Part shown: positions 32,556 through 41,975 of the stretch, in pieces
Numbering within the stretch: position 1 is the first letter of the stretch
Layout: each line of letters begins with the position of its first letter
DNA from: an uncultured Candidatus Saccharibacteria bacterium
Lineage (GTDB): Bacteria; Patescibacteriota; Minisyncoccia; Phycocordibacterales; Phycocordibacteraceae
Length of the DNA stretch: 45,143 nucleotides
Assembly: GCA_964349285.1 (NCBI GenBank)
Contig: CAYGFQ010000001.1
Location: 1-45,143 of the forward strand
Direction: 5' to 3'
The notes under the pieces: model-generated
What the model saw: only the letters and a program-made list of their open reading frames with translations
Told to the model about the DNA's origin: nothing
The model's database searches: none
Position numbers and translations under genes: made by a program

Positions 32556-33329
32556 GTGAAAGCGAAACAGTCTCTCGGCCAGAACTTTCTCATGCACGCA
32601 CAAACGGCGGAGCGTATCGTCGAGGCCTCCGGAGTAGGGAAGGATGATGTGGTGCTTGAGATAGGCCCTGGAACGGGAATGCTCACCCGCGCCCTCCTTA
32701 AGCAGGCAGGGAAGGTGGTCGCTGTTGAGGCCGACCGCGAACTGGTACCCGTACTTGCAGAGACTTTCGCAAAAGAGGTTACCGACGGCACGCTTACGAT
32801 TGTCCATCAGGATATTCGCGAGTTTGATCCTGAGTCGCTTGGGGGTCCTTATCACCTGGTTGCGAACATTCCGTACTACATCACAGGAGAGATCATTCGC
32901 ACGTTTCTCACTACACCAAAGAAACCTGCCTCCATGACACTTCTTGTACAAAAAGAAGTTGCCATACGTATTGCACGCGACACCAAAGAAAGTCTTCTTT
33001 CTCTTTCCGTAAAAGCGTATGGCACGCCGAAGTATTGCTTCACCGTTCCGCGCGGTGCGTTTGTTCCAAAACCAAATGTGGATTCAGCCGTACTCCACAT
33101 CGCAAACATCCATTCGCCGTTCGCTACCGGAGAAGAAGAAACGTTCTTCGAGATATTGCGGGCAGGGTTCGCACACAAGCGAAAGTTCCTCGCACGAAAT
33201 CTCGAGGTCGTTGCGCATGGAGATGCTATTCGTGAGGCCTTCGCAGTTACCAAGCTCGGTGAGAAGACTCGTGCCGAGGACGTGCCACTTAGTTCCTGGC
33301 AACAACTCGCCACGCTCCTTAAGAAGTAG
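32556..33329 (+). CDS. rsmA: 16S rRNA (adenine1518/1519-N6)-dimethyltransferase
   Basis: KQSLGQNFLMH, the SAM motif VLEIGPGTGMLT, and VANIPYYITGEI are classic KsgA/RsmA motifs. Confidence 0.9.
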   Translation: MKAKQSLGQNFLMHAQTAERIVEASGVGKDDVVLEIGPGTGMLTRALLKQAGKVVAVEADRELVPVLAETFAKEVTDGTLTIVHQDIREFDPESLGGPYHLVANIPYYITGEIIRTFLTTPKKPASMTLLVQKEVAIRIARDTKESLLSLSVKAYGTPKYCFTVPRGAFVPKPNVDSAVLHIANIHSPFATGEEETFFEILRAGFAHKRKFLARNLEVVAHGDAIREAFAVTKLGEKTRAEDVPLSSWQQLATLLKK

Positions 33330-33335
33330 TGCCCC

Positions 33336-35009
33336 ATGTATACTTCGGGTATGACGCTTCGCACGCTCATTGAGCGTATCGAGACTTCGCCCCTTACCGT
33401 TGCAGAGTCTGTTTCTCTCATTGCCTCGGCAATTTTCCTGCGAACGTTCTTTGAGAATTTCACGAACGCAAATAACGGCGGAACACTAAACGGATTTCTC
33501 GATACGCTCTTTCACTATCCGCTCTGGTTTGGCTGTGTGTTTCTCGCAACGATACTCGTGCTCTCAGTCATAGCGAAGGTGCCAGTTGCGACTGCACGCA
33601 CACTCGTTGCCTACTCATCATTTGTCATACTCCTACCGCCCGTACTCGACATCTTCGTTCACGGGTTTGCTGCACAACCCTATAGCTTCCTTGCAGGAGA
33701 CTACACAACAATGGCGTTCCACTTCGCAACGCTCATGCTCTTCACCGGAGCAATTGGTATTGGTATTAAACTTGAGGTACTCATCGCACTTGGTGCCACC
33801 TTCTGGTACACGCTTCTAAAGACCGGGAGTGCGCTTCGCGGCCTAGCTGCAGCGTTTTTGGTCTATGGCGCTATCTTCTTCTTTCTTTCGCTTCCGGTTT
33901 GGGGTCTTTCACTTTGGCACGCTGCAACACCGGGCGAAAACGAGACGCTCTCAGGAAAAGCTGTCGAGCAGTTCTTCTTCAGCGATGACCCTGCTGCTTC
34001 TGCTTTCTGGCCGCGCCCCCTTGTGGTTGACGTGCGCGCGAGCGAATCGTTAGTCGGTACTTCCGGAGCTGATCATTTCTCTGTGACGATTTCGTCGCTC
34101 TTACTCATTCTGTTTACTGCTTTGCTGTGCGCACTCTATGCGCGAGCGCGGCCCGCAGGGTTTCGTGCGCTTCTTGGAAACGTGCGCTACACGCGTGTCT
34201 TACACTATCTTTTTCTTGCTGCCGTCGGGTGTTACCTCGGGCTACGCTTCCAAGGTAGTGGCGTTGTACTTTCTTTTGGAGACGTACTTGCGTTTCTCTT
34301 ACTTGGCATGAGTTTGGTGTTCACGTGGCTCTACGCAGTTTGGGAAAACGACGAAGAGGATGTGTCGATAGACAGCATCTCAAACGAGCACCGTCCGCTT
34401 GTTACGGGGGCGACAACTGTTCGAGAGTGGCGTGAGGTGCGCTGGACACTGTTCGTTCTTGCACTTGCTGCAGGATTTCTTGCCGGGTGGTATCCCTTCA
34501 TCTTCATTAGCGTCCTTATACTCCTGTATCACCTCTACTCCTGCCCACCACTTCGTCTGAAACGTGTCATCGGACTCTCCTCAGCAATCGTTGCTGGAAA
34601 TGCTTTGCTTGCGGTACTCGCTGGCTTCTTTCTCTCTGCAGGAACTGAGTCACTTGCAGCGTTTCCACTGCAGACGGCACTTGGTATCTTCACTATCTTC
34701 TTGCTTGCAGAGAACGTGAAGAACATGAAAGACCTAGCGGGGGATCGTGCGACGGGCATTATGACGCTTCCCGTTCTCTTGGGAGAGCGTGTTGGTCCGC
34801 ATGTGGTTGCAGCACTTGCCGCGCTCGCGTTCATCCTCGTACCGTTTTTCTTTGGGCTTTCTGAGTACTCACTCATACTTGCGGGCATCTGCGCCTTTGT
34901 TGCCTATCTCTTTGTGGTGCGCAAACCATACCGAGAACTTCCTCTCTTTCTCCTGTACTTCGTCTTCTTCGCTCTCTTTTTTGCATTTCGTCTCGTTGGA
35001 CTTGCCTAA
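33336..35009 (+). CDS. Polytopic membrane protein: novel ~300-aa N-terminal domain fused to a UbiA-family prenyltransferase domain
   Basis: The first Asp-rich motif NDEEDVSID (NDxxDxxxD, nt 34347-34373) is followed by RPLVTG. The second motif is KDLAGDRATGIMTLPVLLG. About 14 predicted TM segments. Confidence 0.7.
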   Translation: MYTSGMTLRTLIERIETSPLTVAESVSLIASAIFLRTFFENFTNANNGGTLNGFLDTLFHYPLWFGCVFLATILVLSVIAKVPVATARTLVAYSSFVILLPPVLDIFVHGFAAQPYSFLAGDYTTMAFHFATLMLFTGAIGIGIKLEVLIALGATFWYTLLKTGSALRGLAAAFLVYGAIFFFLSLPVWGLSLWHAATPGENETLSGKAVEQFFFSDDPAASAFWPRPLVVDVRASESLVGTSGADHFSVTISSLLLILFTALLCALYARARPAGFRALLGNVRYTRVLHYLFLAAVGCYLGLRFQGSGVVLSFGDVLAFLLLGMSLVFTWLYAVWENDEEDVSIDSISNEHRPLVTGATTVREWREVRWTLFVLALAAGFLAGWYPFIFISVLILLYHLYSCPPLRLKRVIGLSSAIVAGNALLAVLAGFFLSAGTESLAAFPLQTALGIFTIFLLAENVKNMKDLAGDRATGIMTLPVLLGERVGPHVVAALAALAFILVPFFFGLSEYSLILAGICAFVAYLFVVRKPYRELPLFLLYFVFFALFFAFRLVGLA

Positions 35010-35065
35010 CGACGGTATTTCTTGTGCACATACAAGGTATGGCGCCCAGAGAGGGGGCCGTTATG

Positions 35066-35074
35066 TGCTAGTAT
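35066..35074 (+). promoter_or_regulatory. Extended -10 TGcTAGTAT at the head of the T4SS-like locus
   Basis: TATGTGCTAGTAT lies 13 nt upstream of ATG 35088. Confidence 0.5.
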
Positions 35075-35087
35075 TTTCTTGAGTACC

Positions 35088-36002
35088 ATGCTTCATTCTC
35101 GCCGTATTCCCCTCGTTGTCTCACTCCTTCTTGCACTCGGCATGGTAGGGGGAGCCTTCTGGCTCTCCGCTCCCCAGATTCCGACAGCGAACGCGCTTTC
35201 TACCGAAGAGGCACTGCGCGCGTATGCTGAGAAAGACACCGATGCAGACGGCCTCCCTGACTGGGAAGAGGTGCTCTACAAGACTGATCCGGCAAACCCG
35301 AACTCGGTAAGCCAAGAGATGACGGATGGCGAGGCAGTTGCCAAAGGGCTTGTTGCTCCCCGCTTTAAGACTGAAGGGACAGTCGAGGGCGATATGTCGG
35401 GTCTCCTTGAGATATATGCTTCTTCCGGGACGGTTACCGACAAATTCAGTAGAAAGTTCATCGAGAATTTCATCAAAGAACGGGTTGATGGTCCTTTGAG
35501 CGAGGAGGAGCTTCTTACCTTCGTCGAGACAGCAAATGCTGAGCTCTTGCGACGCGACATTTCTCGGTACACTACCAATGACCTGAAGCTTGGGGCGCGA
35601 GGGAAAGAAGCGCTTTTGAAGTACATAGAAGATCTTGATCGGGTCATGGTCACGAATAGTCCTACCCGCGATGCGAAGAACGTATTCGAGCACTATACCG
35701 ACTTCGTAACAGGAGATGATACGGTTCGCTCGTTGATTCGTATTCGTGCGGTCGGGAATGCGTACGCTGCTTCTGCCGAAGCAATGATGACGATTACGGT
35801 CCCTCCTGAAGTTGCTGCGCAACACATTGATTTTGCGAATGCCTACGCGCTCCTTGCTGAAGCAACGCTTGATATGGGCTCGATGGATACCGACCCACTT
35901 CGTGGTCTTATCGGGTTCACGCAGTATCAAGATGTATGGGCACATACTTCCGACGCTTTTGCGGCGCTTGGAAAGACGATGAGTGAACAACTTGGCATCT
36001 AA
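35088..36002 (+). CDS. N-terminally anchored extracytoplasmic protein, unknown function (T4SS-like locus)
   Basis: TM IPLVVSLLLALGMVGGAFWL, then a calcium-binding-like motif DTDADGLPDWEEVLYKTDPANPNS (thrombospondin type-3-like), then a helical domain. The antisense 297-aa ORF is Arg/Cys-rich and rejected. Confidence 0.65.
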   Translation: MLHSRRIPLVVSLLLALGMVGGAFWLSAPQIPTANALSTEEALRAYAEKDTDADGLPDWEEVLYKTDPANPNSVSQEMTDGEAVAKGLVAPRFKTEGTVEGDMSGLLEIYASSGTVTDKFSRKFIENFIKERVDGPLSEEELLTFVETANAELLRRDISRYTTNDLKLGARGKEALLKYIEDLDRVMVTNSPTRDAKNVFEHYTDFVTGDDTVRSLIRIRAVGNAYAASAEAMMTITVPPEVAAQHIDFANAYALLAEATLDMGSMDTDPLRGLIGFTQYQDVWAHTSDAFAALGKTMSEQLGI

Positions 36003-36003
36003 T

Positions 36004-37545
36004 ATGCACCACACTACTACTCATCGGTTCACTACTCGCCTCGGCACATCGCTTCTTGGGCTCATGCTTGTCGTCTCGGCAGGGTTTGCTCTGCCGCAGC
36101 GTGCACATGCGGTGTGGGGTTTTGCCGACATTGTCTTTGACCCAGGCGCACTCGCACAAGCACTCGTCGACTGGGCTATCCAGGAAGTGACCTCGGCTCT
36201 TTCGGATCAGATGGTGCGCAAGGAGTTTATCTTCGACAGCATCGCCCGTATCGCCTCGACTGCGGCACTCCAGGAGATGACCGACAGCATGGTGAACTAC
36301 GCTTCTCAGGGCCAAGAAGGGGAGCCGGCGTTCGAAACGAATCTCCCCAACTCCAATCTGCGTATTGGAGACACGGTCGCAAACGAACTTCTTGCACAGA
36401 TACAGTCGGGTGGTGAGGTGGAATCACCTTTCAGCGTCGACGTGGGGCAGGGAATCATCAACAACTATTTCCGCAGGACAGGAGAGGGGGCCTTTTCACG
36501 CACCGCAGCCTACACGCTTGATGAAAGCTGTGAGAATCACGAAGCATTCATCGCGGGAGACTTTAGCGCCTGTGGCTTCACCGGTTTTGTGAATCTCTTT
36601 GGAAATTCTGCTAACAACCCACTTGGCTTTGGCACGCTCGTCGAGACTGAACTTACGGACCAGATATCGGAGGCTCAAACAACCTACCGCGCGAATCTCG
36701 ATTGGGGAGATGGCTTCCGTGCGGAAACGAACTGTCCAGAGGCAGAGGGAGAAGAAGGGGAGACCACTGAAACAACTGAAACAACTGAAACAACTGAGAC
36801 GACTGACACTACGACTACCGAGACGAGCGGGGAAGTCAGTCTCACACAAACACTTTCCACAAACTGTGATACGGGAACACCTCCCTCTATTGTCTCGGAA
36901 GCAATTAACAGCTATCTCATCGATGCTGGACTTGATGTGAACACAAACGCTGACGAATTGAACGAAGTATTCGTAACGTGGGTGACCTCACTCATTACCG
37001 ACAATCTCTTTGGAGGTGACGGTCTTGCAGGCGGAGTAAGTTACCAGCGCGGTGAGGAGCAAGCAGCAAGTGGAGCGACGGTTAACGCCCTTCGGGTGAG
37101 TCTCCAGACCCAGCTGCCGAAGATTTCCGAATTCAAGAGGAACTGGACGACCATACTGAACATGGCAAAGCAGGCGCGGGACCGCGTGGTCGCGTGTGGT
37201 GCCGGTGTTCAGGATGTACTCGATACGATTGTGCAGCCAGTTGTCGATCAAGGTGAAGACGCTATCGAGCGGGCAGATCGTGCAACGGCAAAGATTGGAG
37301 AATTGACGGTTAAGCTTCAGAACCCAGACAACACACAGGAAGATATGGGCAAGATTCTTGCTGAGTATCAGGCACTTGAAGACTCTGGAGATATCCCGGG
37401 TGTGCATGAGTACATCTTTGCTGCCGAAAACGCTGCTGACACTGGGCCACCGGTCATGGAAGAGAATAGCCTCTACCGCAAGATGCGCATCATAGCCGAG
37501 TCGAGCTGTTCATCCATTGACGCGATGACCGTGCCTAGCAGCTAG
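36004..37545 (+). CDS. Secreted protein, possible VirB5/TrbJ analogue
   Basis: Signal peptide ...LVVSAGFALPQRAHA|V. The mature N-terminus WGFADIVFDPGALAQALVDW resembles the V-x-D-P-x-N-x-x-Q start of TrbJ/VirB5 proteins. It is helical with conserved Cys pairs. The CDS is solid but the function is tentative. Confidence 0.6.
   Translation: MHHTTTHRFTTRLGTSLLGLMLVVSAGFALPQRAHAVWGFADIVFDPGALAQALVDWAIQEVTSALSDQMVRKEFIFDSIARIASTAALQEMTDSMVNYASQGQEGEPAFETNLPNSNLRIGDTVANELLAQIQSGGEVESPFSVDVGQGIINNYFRRTGEGAFSRTAAYTLDESCENHEAFIAGDFSACGFTGFVNLFGNSANNPLGFGTLVETELTDQISEAQTTYRANLDWGDGFRAETNCPEAEGEEGETTETTETTETTETTDTTTTETSGEVSLTQTLSTNCDTGTPPSIVSEAINSYLIDAGLDVNTNADELNEVFVTWVTSLITDNLFGGDGLAGGVSYQRGEEQAASGATVNALRVSLQTQLPKISEFKRNWTTILNMAKQARDRVVACGAGVQDVLDTIVQPVVDQGEDAIERADRATAKIGELTVKLQNPDNTQEDMGKILAEYQALEDSGDIPGVHEYIFAAENAADTGPPVMEENSLYRKMRIIAESSCSSIDAMTVPSS
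36760..36825 (+). repeat. In-frame 9-bp tandem repeat encoding (E-T-T)n
   Basis: GAAACAACT occurs three times perfectly (36769-36795), flanked by degenerate units. It translates to ETTETTETTETTETTDTTTTET. Confidence 0.8.
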
Positions 37546-37557
37546 GCATTCACGAGC

Positions 37558-39624
37558 ATGACAAAAAACCTAAGGCCCATCTTCGACTACCTGCGAGGCC
37601 GCGGCGCGATGACGATAGCGCTCTCTTTCCTTATCGTTGCGGGATTCTTCCTCATGAGCCCGTCTGCCTTTGCAGCAGACTGCGATATGTTTGGTGGCGA
37701 TGCCGGGCGTTGTATCGCTGGTTTCTCAGGAAAGGTTATTGCGACCATTCTCATGTTCTTCACGGGAGTGGCTGGTGTCATCCTCGGTTGGATTGGTCAG
37801 TTGTTTAACTGGGCAATGCTCGTTACGGTTTTCCACTTTTCGTACTACTTCGGCAACACCGATGGCATGCTCCTCGCGTGGGGTATCCTCCGTGACCTTG
37901 CAAACATTGCGCTCTTGTTCGGATTCATCTTCATGGGTATTGCGGTCATCCTTGATCTTCATAGCTTCCCCTGGAAGAAGACGCTGCCGATGCTCATCAT
38001 CTATGCCATTCTCTTGAACTTCAGCCTCTTTGCAGCTGAGGCGATTATCGACGTCTCAAATGCCGTCTCTTCGGTCTTTTATGCACAGGCCTCCGGTGGT
38101 ACTGACTGTCGTGACTCTGAATCAGTCGCTGAGTGCGGTAACAACGGACTTGCTGGTAAGGCACTTGAAGCGACCGGGCTTGCCGGCATGTTCAGCGAGA
38201 ACACAGGAAGTGTCTCTATTAATACGAGCTATTGGGGTGAGAGCTGGTCGCGCATCTGGAACGCAGACGATGGGGTCATGGCCGCAACACTCTTCCTCGG
38301 TCTCTTTGTCTTCATATTGATTACGCTCGCCATTATTGTTTCGGGCTCCATCATGCTCATCTCACGAGCTGTGACGCTCATGCTCCTTCTTGTGACTTCG
38401 CCCATTGGGTTTGCCGGAGCTGCTATTCCACCGCTGCAGAGCATCTCGAAGCAATGGTGGGAGAAACTCATGGACAACGTGCTCTTTGCTCCAACGTTTG
38501 TTCTCCTCATGCTCATTGGGTTCAAGATAGTCGAGGGTATTCGTGATACCTTCCTCGGAAACGGAGCTGATGGAAACCTCATACGCGCGCTCCTTCCAGC
38601 AAGCGGTGCTGCTTCGTCCATAAACACGGGCGGTGTCTTTGTGCTTTTCGCGCTTGTGATTGGTTTCATGTACGCAGCGCTCACTGTTGCAAAGCGTTTT
38701 GGTGTCTATGGATCTGAGAAAGTTATTGGCGCGGCCGAAAGCTTTGTTCGTAGGGCAACGGGCTTTGGACTCACTGCTGTGCCGGCCTATGCCGGACGCA
38801 GAACAATAGGTGCTGGGTCCGATCTTGCCTCTCGCTTCTTGAGAAGGAATCCGGTGCTCATGAACATTCCTCTTGTTGGTACCTCTCTTCAGAAGGCAGC
38901 TACCGGCATTGCTGACTACGGAGCGAAGGCATCCTTTGATGCTAAGTCTCTAGCTGGTGGCAAGCTTGGTGAGGTGGGTGAGATTTCGAAGGGTACGAAG
39001 GAGGGTATGCGTGGTGTTGACGAGGCTGAGGCAAAGGCAGAGGTCGCGCGTGCTGAGGGAGTCGGAAAAGCGCAAAAGGAGTGGAAAGGTTACCGCGATG
39101 CGTACTCGTATAAGAAATGGGGTAAGAATATTAAGAATCTTGATATCGCTATTGAAAAGGCAGAGCGTGAAGGTAGACGCGGCGACGCTGCAAAATTCAC
39201 GGCTGAAAAAGATAAGCTGGAGAAGCGTCAGGAGAAATTCGACGATAAAACGAAGGATGCCTTCATGTCTGGCTCGCAACGCAAAGAATGGAAACAACTC
39301 AAGGTTGATTCAAAGGATCTTGCCGCTCGAATTGCAGCAGCAATACGGGCTGGCAACGCCGGCGCCGCTGACGTGAAGAAGTTCAAAGCGGAGAAAGCCA
39401 CGGTTGATGCTCGTGCGAAGAGTATGGAAGATCATACCTACATGGAGCGCCGCTTCGATCAACTCATGGAAGGTATCGAGCAGCCACTCGCACAGATTGC
39501 ATGGAATACTCGTGGTATGCGGCTTGCTACGACTGAGATGAAGAAGATAATGGGTAAAGGCAAGGAGGACAAAATGCACGATGAGCTCATAAAGGCACTT
39601 AAGGACGCCGCGAAACATCCATGA
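37558..39624 (+). CDS. Polytopic membrane protein, VirB6/TrbL-like, with a long Lys/Glu-rich C-terminal tail
   Basis: N-terminal signal/TM, at least 6 further hydrophobic helices to about aa 400, then a ~250-aa charged tail (KAEVARAEGVGKAQKEWK...). Its position and topology fit a VirB6/TrbL channel subunit. Assignment by inference. Confidence 0.6.
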   Translation: MTKNLRPIFDYLRGRGAMTIALSFLIVAGFFLMSPSAFAADCDMFGGDAGRCIAGFSGKVIATILMFFTGVAGVILGWIGQLFNWAMLVTVFHFSYYFGNTDGMLLAWGILRDLANIALLFGFIFMGIAVILDLHSFPWKKTLPMLIIYAILLNFSLFAAEAIIDVSNAVSSVFYAQASGGTDCRDSESVAECGNNGLAGKALEATGLAGMFSENTGSVSINTSYWGESWSRIWNADDGVMAATLFLGLFVFILITLAIIVSGSIMLISRAVTLMLLLVTSPIGFAGAAIPPLQSISKQWWEKLMDNVLFAPTFVLLMLIGFKIVEGIRDTFLGNGADGNLIRALLPASGAASSINTGGVFVLFALVIGFMYAALTVAKRFGVYGSEKVIGAAESFVRRATGFGLTAVPAYAGRRTIGAGSDLASRFLRRNPVLMNIPLVGTSLQKAATGIADYGAKASFDAKSLAGGKLGEVGEISKGTKEGMRGVDEAEAKAEVARAEGVGKAQKEWKGYRDAYSYKKWGKNIKNLDIAIEKAEREGRRGDAAKFTAEKDKLEKRQEKFDDKTKDAFMSGSQRKEWKQLKVDSKDLAARIAAAIRAGNAGAADVKKFKAEKATVDARAKSMEDHTYMERRFDQLMEGIEQPLAQIAWNTRGMRLATTEMKKIMGKGKEDKMHDELIKALKDAAKHP

Positions 39625-40367
39625 ACGACACCCCAGCAACAGTGACCAAGGAACTCGTTGACGCTTACAAAGCGGCACCAGTTCCCATTCAGCGACTCAT
39701 CCTCTCCGACAAGTTCGCTGCGTTCACGAACGGGCTCGGCACAAAGTTCAGTCTCACCCCAGAGGTGGCCGCCAGTGTTGCTGATGAACTCCTTCTCTTC
39801 CTGCTTGGTTCAATGCCGACGGATGAACTTCTTGGCACACTGCTCGAAATAGATGCCCTCGATGAGGGAATTGCGGTTGAGATACTCGAGGCGTTCTCTA
39901 CTGAGATTGTTGCGCCGCTTCAGGGTGGGGCACCAACAACTCCAAAGCCTAGTGCCCCTGCTTCACGCCCAGCACCAATCACAAAACCTGTAGCGCCTCC
40001 CATCGCTCCTATCAACCGCTTACAAGGTGTGTCGAAACCTTTGCCTCAACAGAAACCCGCTGGAACTATGATGGATATCCATCCGCTTGAGAAACACCTC
40101 GAGCTTCCTCCGCACATCACGCAGACGAAAGCACCACCACTACCTCCGAAGCCACCGTCTCGCCCCTACGTCCCGCCTCCGTCTCCGATGCGCACCATGG
40201 GAAGCGATATTGCTGGAAGCAAGCAGGGTATTGTGCCACCCCCAAAGCCTGTCACCCCCATTGTCCCGAAAGTGGTGTTGCCTCCAGCTCCTTCCAAACC
40301 ACCAACTCCTCCTGCGAGCGACGCTCCTAAAGCATCGTCTGACCCCTACCGTGAGCCGATTACCTAA
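39621..40367 (+). CDS. Proline-rich hypothetical protein
   Basis: ATGA overlap with the upstream gene. A ~95-aa folded N-domain is followed by about 150 aa of P/K/A-rich sequence (PPLPPKPPSRPYVPPPSP...). Confidence 0.65.
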   Translation: MNDTPATVTKELVDAYKAAPVPIQRLILSDKFAAFTNGLGTKFSLTPEVAASVADELLLFLLGSMPTDELLGTLLEIDALDEGIAVEILEAFSTEIVAPLQGGAPTTPKPSAPASRPAPITKPVAPPIAPINRLQGVSKPLPQQKPAGTMMDIHPLEKHLELPPHITQTKAPPLPPKPPSRPYVPPPSPMRTMGSDIAGSKQGIVPPPKPVTPIVPKVVLPPAPSKPPTPPASDAPKASSDPYREPIT

Positions 40368-40400
40368 GAAGGAAAGGGAACTTGCGCTCTCTGCACTTCA

Positions 40401-40409
40401 TGTTATAAT
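40401..40409 (+). promoter_or_regulatory. Consensus extended -10 TGtTATAAT
   Basis: CATGTTATAATC lies 12 nt upstream of ATG 40422. Confidence 0.6.
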
Positions 40410-40421
40410 CTTTGACATCTT

Positions 40422-41972
40422 ATGAGACGCGCATCCCTGTGGAGTATTTTTGAACGGAAAGCTAAAGATGCTACGAAGCAGTATCAAGAGGACGTTGAAA
40501 CGCCCTCAAGCGATAGTCCCGAGGATATCGACGAAGCAGCGCGTGCAACGCGTCGATTCGACCTTCTCGCACGACGTCCCGGTGAGCCTGATGTGCAGGA
40601 AATTATACGTGGAGAGAACGGGAAAGCGTTCAAGAAGTTCCTAAGTGGTCACAATATAAACATCGATGAACCTCTCGAAGAGGGCGATTTGACTCGCGTG
40701 GGTATTTTCCGGGTGGAATTCCTTGCTGCAGTTCATCACGCAGAGTACATAAAGAGTTTTGTTACTACCGAAATCGTCGATGAGGTTATTACGGCTGGAT
40801 TCAGTCGAAACGAAGAGCAGTTCAAGCTCCTCGTTGATACGGTTAACAAAGAGACCTTGGTGAAGATTGTTCGCGACCAAATGGTGGATATGGCAGCCTC
40901 AAGCCCAGACCGCTTTGCTGCATTTGCAAAACGACTTGAGGAGGTTGCTCTGCACAAGAAGAGTAAGGAGTTCTTGGACGCCGAGAAGCGTGTTCGTGGT
41001 CTCTTTGGTAAATATCATATTTCTGATACTCGCTATCTCAGTCTTAAAGAGCAACTGAATGATGACGACTTGAGCGATGAGGACAAGACTGAACTCCTTC
41101 AGAAGCAGGTGCGCTCATCAAAGATTTGGTCCTGGTGGATTCTTCCCAAGCTTCCCATTGGCCTCGCACAGTTGGGAGTTGATAAGTATCTGACTCACAT
41201 TGAACAGGAGAAAGAGAAGCTCGAGGACGAAGATGCTGATCTTGATATTGAGTTTCGTTCTCTCCGACAGCAGCAGATTGACACCTTCCCACGGTTGAAG
41301 GAGCTTCGTGAGCAAGCGTCACAACACGCAGAGGACGAAGATCATCCGATTCATGCTGAGCTTGAATCAGCTGAGGGGGAGCGAGAACTCCGTAGCGATC
41401 GATTGGATGAAATCCGAGAGAGAACTACTAAGATACATAAATCACTTCGGTACATTAATAAGGTTGCGCCTATCCTCGAACGCGTATCATCTCGCGGCGG
41501 AGCCGAGCGTCTTCGAGGCGCCGTCGAAGAGGCAACTGAAGCAGTCGAGAAACTTGAAGAGCAGATGCTTGCTGTTGGGACAACGCTCCAACTTTCTATG
41601 GAGACCTCTTCTTCGGTTCGTGCTGCTATGCGTAAAGTAGAGCTTGGAGAGGTCGCACGTGAAGCGCCTGTCGAGCTTACAAACCGCGAACGCCGAGAGA
41701 AGAACCGCTCCTTTGAAGAGATGGTCCCTTCTAATGCTGAATTCCAGACGCGTTTCGACCGCTATGTATCTCATTCACGAAGTCAGGGTATTACCGCGCC
41801 GCGCGAGAAACTTATGGGCTCATTTAAAGCTCGGGAGAAGCAGCGCCTTGGCCGAGAATATCGCTCGAAGCAGGCAAACGCACTGCCGCTCTTCGGATTT
41901 GTCTCAGGACTTCTCTTTGCAACTCCGGGTGTCGGCATCGGTAAACACCTTGATAAGAAACCACTACGCTAG
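40422..41972 (+). CDS. Highly charged coiled-coil protein with a C-terminal TM anchor, unknown function
   Basis: 516 aa, rich in E/K/R heptad-like stretches. There is a single hydrophobic segment near the C-terminus (ALPLFGFVSGLLFATPGVGIG). Confidence 0.65.
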   Translation: MRRASLWSIFERKAKDATKQYQEDVETPSSDSPEDIDEAARATRRFDLLARRPGEPDVQEIIRGENGKAFKKFLSGHNINIDEPLEEGDLTRVGIFRVEFLAAVHHAEYIKSFVTTEIVDEVITAGFSRNEEQFKLLVDTVNKETLVKIVRDQMVDMAASSPDRFAAFAKRLEEVALHKKSKEFLDAEKRVRGLFGKYHISDTRYLSLKEQLNDDDLSDEDKTELLQKQVRSSKIWSWWILPKLPIGLAQLGVDKYLTHIEQEKEKLEDEDADLDIEFRSLRQQQIDTFPRLKELREQASQHAEDEDHPIHAELESAEGERELRSDRLDEIRERTTKIHKSLRYINKVAPILERVSSRGGAERLRGAVEEATEAVEKLEEQMLAVGTTLQLSMETSSSVRAAMRKVELGEVAREAPVELTNRERREKNRSFEEMVPSNAEFQTRFDRYVSHSRSQGITAPREKLMGSFKAREKQRLGREYRSKQANALPLFGFVSGLLFATPGVGIGKHLDKKPLR

Positions 41973-41975
41973 CCT

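Noticed and set aside
35121-36014. A 297-aa minus-strand ORF.
   Set aside because: Its composition is Arg/Cys/His-rich with no domain. The plus-strand ORF over the same DNA has a TM anchor, a Ca-binding-like motif, a promoter, and tight coupling to the next gene.
36760-36825. The short tandem repeat as a CRISPR-like or non-coding satellite array.
   Set aside because: The units are 9 bp, contiguous without spacers, in frame, and translate to (ETT)n inside a long ORF.
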